From: an uncultured Thermoplasmata archaeon
Lineage (GTDB): Archaea; Thermoplasmatota; Thermoplasmata; Lutacidiplasmatales; UBA184
Direction: 5' to 3'
Assembly (NCBI GenBank): GCA_963804505.1
Contig: CAWDQP010000010.1
Location: 123,330-187,329 of the forward strand
DNA length: 64,000 bases
Shown here: in pieces, positions 52,526 to 63,091 of the stretch
Layout: the number at the start of each line of letters is the position of its first letter
How positions within the stretch are numbered: position 1 is the stretch's first letter
Program-made: the position numbers and the translations under genes
The notes under the pieces: generated by a model
What the model saw: the letters and a program-made list of their open reading frames with translations, nothing else
Told to the model about the DNA's origin: nothing
Databases searched by the model: none

Positions 52526-55303
52526 ATGGGAACCTCGGGCTCGAGGTGGATCCCGGCGGCCGTCTGGGCGTTGGCCGCGGTGACGCTCGTTCTGGGTTGC
52601 GGCGCCCTCGTGAACGGACCCGCCGGCGGCCCCGGGCCGATCGCGGCGCTCGGTGCCTGCTCCGGACAGAGCTTCTCCCCGCAGTACACCGGCACGCTCT
52701 CGATCGACGGCGGATCGCTCGCGTCCTCCGCGACGGCCGGAGTGGGCGTCCGGCTCTCGTTCTTCGAGGAGGTGGTAGTCGTCGACGAACCCAGCGGGGT
52801 CGTGGCGAGCGCCGGCTGCGAGCCGTTCAACGAGTCGCTCACGACGGATGCCGCGGGAGCCTTCGCGTACTCGGACGCGCCGTTCGCGAAGGTGTGCGTC
52901 CCCGACTCGGGGGGGACCGTCTGCACCGGATACTCCGGCCTGTGGGGTCCGCTCACCGCGGCCCTTACGGCCCCGGCGCCGGTCGGTTATGCGCCCTCGT
53001 TCCGCACGACCGCCGTCCGGGGGGATCTCGCGCTCGTGTGGGAGCTCACGAACGTCTCGCTCGACCCGGGGGGCCCGACCGTCGCGCTCGCGCCCAACGC
53101 AGCGACCCCGGTCGATGCGTCGAGCTGGGAGGCGAACGGCTCCGCAACCTCGCTAGATCCGACCTATGCGTGGAATCTGACCGGCGCGGGCTGGGTGTTC
53201 GATGGCCCGACCTCCGGAGATCGCGCGATTGTCGAAGCAGCCCCCGGAGCGGCCGCCGGAACGCTCAGCGTGCGGGCCTCGGCGACGATCAACGGAACGT
53301 CGCTCTCGGCCCCACCGGCCTCGATCGCGCTCGACGCGGTCTCGACCGAGGTCACGAGCGCCGCGCTCAACCGAACCATCGTGGACGTCGGGGCGACCGT
53401 CTACGCCACCGTGACCGCCACCGGCGCGCCGGGGTATCCATACCGGGCCTGGTTCGCGCCGGGACTCGGGCTCGCCCCGGTGGCGGCCCCGTGCACGACG
53501 GCCCCGGTCGGCACCGGTGCGGTCCAAGCCTCGTGTGTTGCGAACCTCACGTACTCGGAACCGGGGATCGCGCAGCCGACCGTCAACGTATCGAACGGCT
53601 TCTCGACCGGTGTCTGGTCGTTCCCGAACGTCACGGTCAACCCGCCCGCCGCGCTCTGGGTCGACCCGCTGGCCCCGGTAGGGTATTCTGGTGCGGTCGT
53701 CCGGATCGACCTGATCGCGACCAACGGCTCGGGAACCCTGCCGTTCCAGAACGCCTGCCTCGACCCGGGGTCGGGACCGGTCGTGTGCCAGGACACCCCA
53801 GGACCCCGCTGGACTTTCGCCCCGGTTTATCCGACCGTGGGAAGCTATCCCGCGCAGGCATGGACCATCGATGCCGGGGGTACCAACCGAACCATCGGAT
53901 TCTCCGTCGCGATCGTGCCTCCGCTCGGACTCGACCCGGTCACCCTCGTGGGCTCCAACGCCACCGTCGGGTCGAACGTGTCGCTCCGCTCGACGGTCGT
54001 CGGCGGGGACCTGCCGGGGAGGTTCTGGTGGAACTCCTCTCTTTCGGACGTGCCGTTGGGGGCCGGCGCGTGGAACATCGACGGTCCGTTGACCCTCGCG
54101 TTCGCTCCTTCGTCCGCGGGTTCGGTCACGATCGCCCTGACGGTCGTGGACTCGCTCGGCACCGTCGTCCGCGCGAGCCTCGTGCTCGCGGTCGCCCCGC
54201 TCCCGGCCAGCCGGATCGAGGAGGTCGATACGCTGCCGACCGGTCCGGTCGAGGTCGGGATACCCACGAACCTCACCTGGCAGGCGCTTGACCGGTCCGA
54301 CGAGCCCGTGACTTCGTTCGCCGTCCCGGCGGAGATCGTCCTGGGGGGAACCGGCGTCGCCGCGCCGAGCGCGTGGGTCAACGCCTCCGGTGTCGGTCCA
54401 CTCTCGGGACCCGGGAACGGGACGTACGACGTCCCCACGACCGCGTGGGCGAGCGGGGCGCTCGAGGTCTCGGTCGATTTCCGAACCGCCGGGACGTTCT
54501 CGGTGAACCTCACGGGTGCGCGGCTACCGGGGCCGGTCGCGTCGGTCCGTTTGGACGCCGCCGGCGACGCGTCGCACCTGAGGCTCTACGGGCCACGGGT
54601 GGCGCGATCGGGGAGTCGCGACAACTCGACGTTCTGGAACGTTGCGGATCGGTTCGGCAATCCGGTGCCGGGCGGGAACGTCACCCTACGCCTCGTCTGG
54701 GGCAACTCCACGCTCAACGAGCTCGTCTACGTCGTCCTCGCCGAGAACGGGACGACGGGTGTCTGGATCAACTACTCCGCGCCCGGCGGCGAGGGGGGGA
54801 CCGTCACGGTGCTGGATTGGGCGAAGGCGGTGCTCCTCGGGCCGATCGCGGTGCCGGCGATCGCCGGGCCGGCGCCGGCAACGATCCCGTACGCGCTTCT
54901 CGCGGGTCTCGTGGTCGTGGGCGCGGTCGGCGCGGTGACCGGCACGGCGGCCTTCCGGCGCACGCGCCCGCGGGGCCCGGCCCGGTCGGACGAGGGCGAC
55001 CTCCAGCGGCTGGCCGAGGGCCGCTCGGCGTTGGTCGAGCTCGTGCGACGGATCGGTCCGGCCGACCTTCCGGAGCTCGAGGCGGCCTGGCAACCTCCGC
55101 CGGCGCCGGACGACCTCGCCGACTGGCTGGCTTCCCTGGTCGCCGACGGGACCCTCGGCGCGACCCTCGGCTCGGACGGGAGGGCCCGGTTCTGCCTCGC
55201 CCCCGGCCCGGCGGCGCCGCGTGTGACGCTCGACACGGCCGCGTTCGACGAGGCGCTGCGGCGGCGGGACCGCGCGATCGAGGACGACGAACCCGGCCCT
55301 TAG
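52526..55303 (+). CDS. Large surface glycoprotein with a C-terminal TM and a cytoplasmic wHTH-like tail
   Basis: Signal peptide, many N-x-S/T sites, Cys pairs, PKD/Ig-like beta content, TM YALLAGLVVVGAVGAV, then a ~110 aa tail. Confidence 0.75.
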   Translation: MGTSGSRWIPAAVWALAAVTLVLGCGALVNGPAGGPGPIAALGACSGQSFSPQYTGTLSIDGGSLASSATAGVGVRLSFFEEVVVVDEPSGVVASAGCEPFNESLTTDAAGAFAYSDAPFAKVCVPDSGGTVCTGYSGLWGPLTAALTAPAPVGYAPSFRTTAVRGDLALVWELTNVSLDPGGPTVALAPNAATPVDASSWEANGSATSLDPTYAWNLTGAGWVFDGPTSGDRAIVEAAPGAAAGTLSVRASATINGTSLSAPPASIALDAVSTEVTSAALNRTIVDVGATVYATVTATGAPGYPYRAWFAPGLGLAPVAAPCTTAPVGTGAVQASCVANLTYSEPGIAQPTVNVSNGFSTGVWSFPNVTVNPPAALWVDPLAPVGYSGAVVRIDLIATNGSGTLPFQNACLDPGSGPVVCQDTPGPRWTFAPVYPTVGSYPAQAWTIDAGGTNRTIGFSVAIVPPLGLDPVTLVGSNATVGSNVSLRSTVVGGDLPGRFWWNSSLSDVPLGAGAWNIDGPLTLAFAPSSAGSVTIALTVVDSLGTVVRASLVLAVAPLPASRIEEVDTLPTGPVEVGIPTNLTWQALDRSDEPVTSFAVPAEIVLGGTGVAAPSAWVNASGVGPLSGPGNGTYDVPTTAWASGALEVSVDFRTAGTFSVNLTGARLPGPVASVRLDAAGDASHLRLYGPRVARSGSRDNSTFWNVADRFGNPVPGGNVTLRLVWGNSTLNELVYVVLAENGTTGVWINYSAPGGEGGTVTVLDWAKAVLLGPIAVPAIAGPAPATIPYALLAGLVVVGAVGAVTGTAAFRRTRPRGPARSDEGDLQRLAEGRSALVELVRRIGPADLPELEAAWQPPPAPDDLADWLASLVADGTLGATLGSDGRARFCLAPGPAAPRVTLDTAAFDEALRRRDRAIEDDEPGP

Positions 55304-56592
55304 GCGGGGTCGCGGCCCACGAGGTCGTAGTACCGGTAGGCGGCCTCGCCGGCGCCGAAGCAGTAGCGCAACGTCGTGAACCCCCGCTTCAGCTCGGCCG
55401 CACGGGCCGCGACCTCCTCGGTCGCTGCGACCGTGGTGGAGAAGGTCATCGAACAGTTCCGCGATCCGGTCCATCTCGGCCGGGCCCATCCCGACCCGGG
55501 TCACCTCGGGGGTGCCGAGCCGAACGCCGCCCGGCTGCTTCGGGCTCTTGTCGCCCGGCAGGAGGTTCTTGTTCGCGATGATACCGGCGTCCGCGAGGCG
55601 CCGCGCGACCGCCGCCCCGCCGCCTTCCGCTTCCACGCGCACCGCGATCGTGTGCGAGCGGGTGAACCCCAGGTCCGGCGCGAGGACGTCGAACCCTCGG
55701 TCGTGCAGCGCCTGGGCGAGCGCGCGGGCGTTCTCCACCGTCCGCCGCGCGTACTCCCGCCCGAACTCGAGGTGCTCGGCGAGGCTCACCGCGAGCGCGG
55801 CCATCGCGTTCAGGTGGTGGTTGCTCGTGACCCCGGGGAACGCCCCCGACTGGAGCTTGCGCTCGAGCTCGGGATCGTCCGTCTGGCCGAGCAGGATCCC
55901 GTGCTGCGGTCCGGGGAGGGTCTTGTGGGTCGAGCCGCTCATCACGACGCACCCCTCGCGCAACGGGTCCTGGAACTGCCCGCCCGCGATGAGGCCGAGC
56001 ACGTGGGCCCCGTCGTACCAGCCGCGGGCGCCGATCTCCTCGAGCGTCGAGCGCAGTTCCTCGATCGGCAGCGGGAAAAGGAACAGCGAGAGGCCGAACA
56101 GGCAGGTCTTCGGCCGCTCCGCGCGCAGGATCTCGCGCGTGCGCGGGACGTCGAGGGTCATCCGTTCCGCGTCCCACGCGTAGTAGACGGGGCGCACGCC
56201 GCGCAGACCGAACGCGCCGAACGCGGCGCTCGAGATGTGCGCCCCGTCCGCGAGGCGGCTCGTCCCGACGAGGTCGCCGGGCTCGGTGAGCGCCTTCAGG
56301 ACCGCGAGGTTCGCGACCGTCCCCGAGATCGGGCGCACGTCCGCGAACGAGCACCGGAAAAGGCGGCGGGCGAGCTCCAGGCAGAGGGTCTCGACCTCGT
56401 CGACCTGCTCGTTCCCTTCGTAGTACCGGTCCCCGGGCAGCCCTCGGCGTAGCGGGAGTGGAGGTCGGAGATCAGGAGCTCCTTCGCGTACGGGGAGAGG
56501 AGGTTCTCGCTCGCGATGAGCGGGATCGACCGCTCGAACCGCGCGGAGTGCTGGCGGACGGTCGCCCGGATCCGGGAAACGACCTCGGCCAT
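55300..56592 (-). CDS. glyA: Serine hydroxymethyltransferase (frameshifts ~56445 and ~55430)
   Basis: PLIASEN, RYAEG, YYEGN, DGAHVLGLIAGG, GSTHKTLPGPQ and GVRLGTPEVTR.GM. Confidence 0.93.
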
Positions 56593-56749
56593 CTCGCCCG
56601 GTTTCGGTAGTTCGGACGGGGCCGTGGGGACCCCCACCCCCCTGCTTCCAGTCGAACCGGACGGCATGGCACGCCTTCCGACCGCGCGCACGCGGGGCGA
56701 GCACGCAGCCGCTCGAGCCCATAATAGGGACCGGGCCCGTCGGCGGTCG

Positions 56750-57260
56750 ATGTCGGAGCTGGCGGTCGGTCCGGTCCGTGGCGCGGTACGTCGTCGCTTC
56801 CACCGTCCCGTATCACGACATCGACGCGCTCGAACCATCTCAACCACGCCGCGTACTTTCCGATGATGGAGACGCTTCCGCTGCGACTACTACCTCCCTC
56901 TCCTTCCTCGACCGACCCTACCTCGCTCGACATCATCATCGCCGAAGCGACGCTGTCGCTTCCTCGCTCCCGTCGAGCTACGGTACCGAACTGCTCGGCG
57001 AGGTGACGCCCGCTCGACCGCTCGGTCGAACGAGCTTCGCGCTACTGTACCGGTTCACCGACACCGGACGCAACACCGTGACCGCACGAGGCCGGACCGT
57101 GGTCGTCTGCTACGATTACGCCGGCGGTGTGAAGAAACCGATACCCGAGCTCCGCCGCGTCGCCCTGGACCGCGATGCGATCGACCCCGCGGAGGAGGGG
57201 TGGCCCCCCACGGAGCTCCAGTGGAAACGGGGGGTGGGGGTCGGTGCCGCGGGTCGATGA
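56750..57260 (+). CDS. Acyl-CoA thioesterase (4HBT hotdog family; frameshifted)
   Basis: VPYHDIDAL.H(L)NHAAYF, LGRTSF.L.Y and ARGRTVVVCYDY...KKPIP. Confidence 0.75.
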
Positions 57261-57312
57261 GCGAGGCGATCGCAGACGACCCGTGAGGGGCCCGAGCGGG
57301 GCCCCGTCGGGT

Positions 57313-57624
57313 GCTAGGCCAGCAGGATTGCCGCCCGGACGAATCGCGCGTTGACCCCGCGTACTCCTCGGCCCCGTCACCCCGCCAGCGTCGACGGGTC
57401 ACGGTAAGGCTGCTCCCGTCAGGACCTGACCCGGTGCCCGTGATGGATACCCGCTAGGGCGCTCCTCCGAGCGCTCGTCGCGGGGCCCGCGGCCCGGCGG
57501 AACAGAGCTTCTGCGAAGCCACGCAGGACGCGCAACTCCTCCGAACGTCGCTCCTGCCTGTCACCCCCGCTAAGGACGGTTTCGGTGTGTAAGGGGACGC
57601 CCAACCCCCCGGTCTAAGCCTAGC
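57313..57624 (-). ncRNA. ffs: Archaeal signal recognition particle (7S) RNA
   Basis: Helix 1 GCTAGGC/GCCTAGC; Alu domain CCGGGGGGTTGGGCGTCCCC..CCGAAACCG; helix 6 GAGCGCTC-GGAG-GAGCGCCC; helix 8 GTCAGGTCC-TGAC-GGGAGCAGC; about 310 nt. Confidence 0.93.
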
Positions 57625-57700
57625 GAACCCACGACGGGGGACCCCTACATAGCGCTTGGCAGGGACGCGCCGGGCGGCGCCCGGGGGGCGTCCGCACGGC

Positions 57701-59956
57701 TCAGCGGATGTGCTCGAGGCTGAACGAACCGAGGTTGAACGAGCGCTTCGTGAACGTGTAACCGACCCAGTTCCGCGCCTGGGCCTCGCCGATCCCGCGG
57801 ACCGCCAGGAACGTCTTCATCTGCTCGACCTTGAGGTTGAGCGAGCCCGTCGACCATGTGCTCGAGGGTCTCGAGGTCGGACTCCGAGTGCATGCCGCTC
57901 TCGAGGACGTAGTAGCCCACGGCGCCGTCGAGCTTCCGGCGCCCGATGAACGGCTGGAGGAACCGGAACGTCGAGCTGGTGTCGAGGTAGGCGGTGATGG
58001 TCGAGACCGACTCGAAGATCAGTCGGTACGTCGAGAACTTCTGCTTCAGCTCCTCGCCGAAGCCGTTCACGCTCTGGGCGAGCTGGTCGAGGACCGCCTT
58101 CCCTGTCGATTGGAGGAACCGGACCCCGGGGACCGCCGACGGTCGCCCCGACCGAGAGGGAGTAGAGGTCGACGAACCGGATCATCCCCTTCTTCTCGGC
58201 GTCCGCGAACCCGTGGTAGAGCGCGGCGAGGTCCTCGCGGACCTGGCCGTGGCTCTTGTCCGTGACCACCCAGATGGACGGGATGCCCGGCGCGGAGCCC
58301 CTCGACCGAGAACAGGCGCGCGAGCACGTCCTTCCCGGTGTGCGCGGGTCCGTTGACGAGGACCTGGGCACCGGTCGGGAACCCGCCGAACATGAGGTCG
58401 TCCAGGCGGCGAACGCCGCTCGGACCTTCGGCGGACTCGGCGGCCGAGACGTTGTCGGCGTGGATCTGGTCGGCCTCCGCCTGGGCGGCGCGGCCGGCGA
58501 GCTTCTCGAGCTCCCGCGATCTGTTCCTGGAGCTGCTGCTCGCGGGCGCGGAGGTCGGCCTCCCTCTTCGCGAGCTCGTGGTGCTGGTCCTCGAGGCGCT
58601 GGGCCTCGCGACGATTTCGACGACGGCGGTCCCGCCACCGCGCGGCGCTGCTCCTCGAGGCGGCGTGCCTCGATGTCGAGCGCCTGCCGGCGGGTCTGGA
58701 GCTGCTGGTCGTAGACGGCGAGCTCCTTCTCCTTGAACTCGAGCGGGCGCCCGTCGCCGCTCGAGCTCCTCGGCGTTGATCCGGATCTCCTCGAACTTCG
58801 CGCGCAGCTCGTTCTCGCGCGCGACCAGGTCGCGCTCGCGCTGGGCGGCCTCCTCGAGGCGGCGCCCGACCTCCTCGGGGATCGGCCCGCCCGGGTGCGT
58901 CGACCAGCTCCGCCCGGCCCTGGGCCTGCTCCGCCGCGCTCGAGAGGCTGCGGATTTCGCCTTCGAGCTGGACGACGCGTCGCCGCAGCTCGGTCTCGCG
59001 CTCGATGAACTGGTGCTCGCGGTCGGCGAACTCCTCCCGCAGGCGCTGCTCGGTCTCGCGGATCGCGCGCTCCACGGACGGGTCGTCACCGGCCGCGGGG
59101 CCGGGAACCGCCCCGGCGGATGCGGACGGGGCGCCGGGGGTGCCGTCCAGGGCGTTCAGCCGGAGCTTGAGGTCGGCGATCTCCGCCTCCTTGCTCCGGA
59201 CCGCGACCTCCCGCTCCTTCGCCTCGCGGGACCGGACGTACTTGATGACGGCGATCGAGCCGCGCTTCACGTGCTCCACCTGGTCCTCGAGCTGCTTTCG
59301 CTTCGCCCGCTCGTCGTAGAGCTGCCGCTGGAGGTCCTGGAACTCCTGGATCATCGAGGAGGGGTCGAACTGGTCGGACTTCACCCGGTCGAGGAGGCCG
59401 GTGAGCCAGCGGACGACCGTCTCCTCGCGCTCGCTGACCGCCGGCAAGCCGCCGGGCTCGGCCGCGCGAGGGGGAGCGCGCTCTCGTCGGGCACTGACAC
59501 GACGGGGGTCGGGGGGGAGGCGGGTCCCGACACGCCGACGTCGGAGGCGCGGATCCAATCCTCCATCACCCGGTCGTCGCCGTCGACCCACTTTCGAAGC
59601 ACGTCGGTCGAACCCTTGGTGGTCGGGGGGCGCTTGCGCCGCCGGCCTCTCGGCCCGCTGGACGTTCCCCATCCAACGGTCGACGATCGACTCGGAATCG
59701 ACCCCGGGCGGCGCGGCGCCCGCCGCGGGGGCCACGGGCGGCGCCCGGTCGGATCGCCGCCTGCTCGCTCGCCGCGACGCCCAGCTGGCCGAGGGTCTCG
59801 GAGGGGAGCTTGCGGACGGCGTCCGGGCTCGAGTACCCGGCGTCCCGAAGCCGTCGGGCCGTGTCGGGTGAGACCCCGAGCGCCCGCGCGAACTCCTCCA
59901 CGCCGGACGACGAGCCGTCCGGCGCGCGGGAGCGCTCCGTCCGTCGCGCCGTCCAT
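57701..59956 (-). CDS. KaiC/RAD55-like ATPase with N-terminal HhH-like module and long coiled coil (heavily frameshifted)
   Basis: SGVRRLDDLMFGGFP.G..VLVNGPAHTGKD, RFVDLYS and LEHMVDG; E/R/Q-rich coiled-coil segments; GVSPDTARRLRDAGYSS. Confidence 0.7.
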
Positions 59957-60077
59957 AGCACCGAGGAGGATACTAGCGCGGCGTGGGGTCATAATATGTC
60001 GGGCCGTCACGCCGGACCGGCCTCGGGCGGCCGGGGCGCCGCGCCACGGCCTAATACCGCGGGGATTGGGGACGGGA

Positions 60078-61153
60078 GTGGACGTCGAGGCGCGCGTCGA
60101 CCGGGTCGTCCGGCACACCGCCGAGGTCCTCACCCGCGGAGGAGATCCGGGCGCTGTTCGAGCGCGCGGAGCGTCCGCGCGCCTACATCGGGTTCGAACC
60201 GTCCGGCGTCGCTCACGATCGCGCACCTCATCACGGCCCGCAAGATCCTCGACCTCGCCGACGCGGGCTGCCACGTGACCGTGTTCCTCGCGGACTGGCA
60301 CGCCTGGATCAACGACAAGCTCGGACGGGGACCTCGGCCGGATCGAGGCGTGCGGCCGGTACGTGCAGGCCGCGTTCACGGCGCTCGGCGCCGGGCCGGA
60401 CCGGGTCGCGGTACCGATGGGCGCACGAGCTCACCGGATCCTCCGACTACTGGGCCCGCGTCGTCCGGGTCGGGAAGGCGACGACCCTCGCCCGGACGAA
60501 GCGCGCGATGTCGATCATGGGCCGGGGCGAAGAGGAGTCGAACCTCGACACGTCGAAGCTGTTCTACCCCGCGATGCAGGCGGCGGACATCTTCGAGCTC
60601 CCGGTCGACCTGGCCTACGGCGGGCTCGACCAGCGCCGGGCGCACGTGCTCGCCCGTGAGGTCGCGCACCACTACGGCTGGCCGGTTCCGACGGCGGTCC
60701 ACACGCCGCTCCTCTCGTCCCTGCGCGGCGGCGGTCGGATGGACCCGGTCGACGGGCTGGTCGAGGGGAAGATGTCGAAGTCGGACCCCGGGTCGGGGGC
60801 GCCCCTCCCGTCGGACCGCGCCGCGATCACGAGCCGCGTCGCGGGCGCGTTCTGCCCGGTCGAAGGAGGTCGACGGCAATCCGGTCGTCGAGATCGTGCG
60901 CTACATCGTCTTCCCGTGGGAGGGAAAGCTGGCGGTCGAGCGAGCGGCCAAGCACGGGGGTCCGGTCGCGTTCGAGGACGAAGCGTCGTTCCTCGCGGCG
61001 TGGACGGAGGGCCGGCTCCATCCGCAGGACCTGAAGGGCGCGGTCGTCGAGTCGCTCGACCGGCTGGTCGCGCCGACGCGCCGGTACTTCGCCGACCACC
61101 CCGAGCTCGGCAGCGATTCGTTCCGGTCGGCCGCCCCGACTAGTGTTAAATAG
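60078..61153 (+). CDS. tyrS: Tyrosyl-tRNA synthetase, archaeal type (frameshifted)
   Basis: YIGFEPSG, FLADWHAWINDKLG, YPAMQAADIF, GGLDQRRAH, KMSKS and LHPQDLK. Confidence 0.92.
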
Positions 61154-61225
61154 CGCCCTCCGTAGGCGGGCCCTACCCGTGAGCCGAGGACCCCCCGTTC
61201 GGGGGTTCCGCTGACGCGAGGAACC

Positions 61226-61596
61226 ATGGCGCGACCGATCTACGTACGCTTCGAGACCCCGAGCGAACTCGCCGACAAGGTGCTCCAGCTCGTCCAGGTG
61301 GCGAGCGAGACGGGGAAGATCCGCGTGGGCACGAACGAGGTGACGAAATCGAGCGAGCGCGCCGAGGCGAAGCTCATCGTCATGGCGGAGGACGTCGACC
61401 CGGTCGAGATCCTCGTCCACGTGCCGATGCTCTGCGAGGAGAAGCGGATCCCGTACCTCTACGTCCCGAAGAAGCTGCGGCTGGGCCAGGCGGCCGGACT
61501 CTCGAAGTCGGCGGCGAGCGTCGCGATCGTCGAACCCGGCGAGGCGAAGGGCTCCTCGACGAGATCGCGGCGGCCTTCCCGACGCTGAAGAAGTGA
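61226..61596 (+). CDS. rpl7ae: 50S ribosomal protein L7Ae (frameshift near 3' end)
   Basis: [43 protein letters not shown]. Confidence 0.95.
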
Positions 61597-61621
61597 GCCG
61601 AGCGCGGGCGGGGTACCGACG

Positions 61622-61835
61622 ATGGCGGAGGAGAAGGGCTCGCCGGCCGAGGTCGTCGAGCTGGTCGGCCGCACCGGCATGGCCGGGCGAAGCGACCCAG
61701 GTGAAGGTCCGCGTCCTCGCCGGCCGCGACCGCGGCAAGATCATCACCCGCAACGTCGCCGGCCCGATCCGTCTCGGCGACGTGCTGATCCTGCGAGAGA
61801 CCGCGCGCGAGGCCCGCAAGCTCTCCGTCCGCTGA
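61622..61835 (+). CDS. rps28e: 30S ribosomal protein S28e (frameshift ~61688)
   Basis: [57 protein letters not shown]. Confidence 0.95.
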
Positions 61836-61845
61836 GGACCGGTCG

Positions 61846-62241
61846 ATGGTCGTCAAACGCCAGTGCTCGTTCTGCGCCCGGGAGATCGAACCGGGCACCG
61901 GTTCGATGTTCGTAAAGCGCGACGGGACGGTCTTCCACTTCTGCACGTCGTCCTGCCGCAAGCAGCAGCTGAACCTCGGACGCGTCGGCCACCGGTTCAA
62001 GTGGACCCGCGCGCCTACGAACTGAAGCGGGCCGCCGAGCGGTCCGCGAGCGTCCGCGCGTCCGCCGCCCCGTCGCGGGCGGCGCCGCGTACCCCACCGC
62101 CCCCCGCGCCGAAGCCCGCACCGGCCGAAGCCGAGGCCCCCGCGACCGCGGCTCCGGCCGCCGAGAAAGCGACCCCCGCGAAGGCGCCCCGGCCCCGCAA
62201 ACCCCGGGCCGAAGACCCCCGCGACCACGCCCGACGCGTGA
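61846..62241 (+). CDS. rpl24e: 50S ribosomal protein L24e, probably with an Ala/Pro/Lys-rich C-terminal extension (core ends ~62025)
   Basis: RQCSFCAREIEPGTGSMFVKRDGTVFHFCTSSCRK...KWT; the extension needs one or two indel corrections. Confidence 0.85.
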
Positions 62242-62307
62242 TCCAAGCCCCGCGCTCGTGCGCGTCCAACGGAACCCGTAAGTTCTCCGGCCGCGACGTT
62301 CTTCTCC

Positions 62308-62561
62308 GTGCGGTCCGACGAGGTGTGGACCACGCCGTCCGAGCTCGCCGAGTACGCGTACTGTCCTCGGGCCCTCCACTACCGGCGCATCTACGGGTCC
62401 GAGCCCGCCGAGCCGTAGCTCGGTGTCGGGCGAGCGGTACCACGCGAGCGTTCTGGGCGCCGAGCTCCGCCGGGCCGATGCACGGGACCGCGTACTGGGC
62501 GATCGTCGCCGCGGGCGCTCTGCTGGTCGTCGGCGGGTTGATCGCGCTCCGGGGCGGATGA
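62308..62561 (+). CDS. Small membrane protein carrying the N-terminal Cas4 segment (frameshifted)
   Basis: TPSELAEYAYCPRALHY, then GERYH, then TM YWAIVAAGALLVVGGLIAL; TGA overlaps the next ATG (ATGA 62558-62561). Confidence 0.65.
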
Positions 62562-63091
62562 CCGCCGACCTCGCGGCCGCGATCGTCGTGGGGGGCCTCG
62601 CGGTGCTCGCGGTGGGCGCCGCGCAGCTCGCGCGGCGCCGCCGTGACCGGCGGCTCGGGTCGTTGGTGGCGATCGACGCCGGCTCGGCCGGAGACCCTTC
62701 GGTCCGAGCGGTACCGGATATCCGGGCGGCCGGACATCCTTCGTCGTGCCGCCGACGGCACGCTCGTCCCGATCGAGCTGAAGCACCGCGCGGCACCGGC
62801 GCAGGGCGCGTTCCCCTCCCACGTGGTCCAGGTGTGGGCGTACTGCCTCCTCGTCGAGGAGACGACCGGCCGGGTCGCCGGCGTTCGGCGTCGTGCGGTA
62901 CTCCGACCGGGAGGTACGGGTTCCCTGGAACGCCGCGATCGCGCGCCGAGCTCCTGACGGTCGTCCGCGCGGTGCGCTCGCGCTACGACGGTCGCGCCAC
63001 GCCGAGCCCGGGGCGATGCCGGCGCTGCTCCTGGGCGGACATCTGCGACGTGCGGGCGCGGCCGGCCTGGTCGGCGGGGCTCACCTTTTGA
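62558..63091 (+). CDS. Cas4-like PD-(D/E)xK nuclease core with N-terminal TM helix (frameshifted)
   Basis: TM AAIVVGGLAVLAVGAAQL; ISGRPD, PIELK, QVWAYCLLVEE, G.VRY and C-terminal RCRRCSWADIC. Confidence 0.8.
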   Translation: MTADLAAAIVVGGLAVLAVGAAQLARRRRDRRLGSLVAIDAGSAGDPSVRAVPDIRAAGHPSSCRRRHARPDRAEAPRGTGAGRVPLPRGPGVGVLPPRRGDDRPGRRRSASCGTPTGRYGFPGTPRSRAELLTVVRAVRSRYDGRATPSPGRCRRCSWADICDVRARPAWSAGLTF

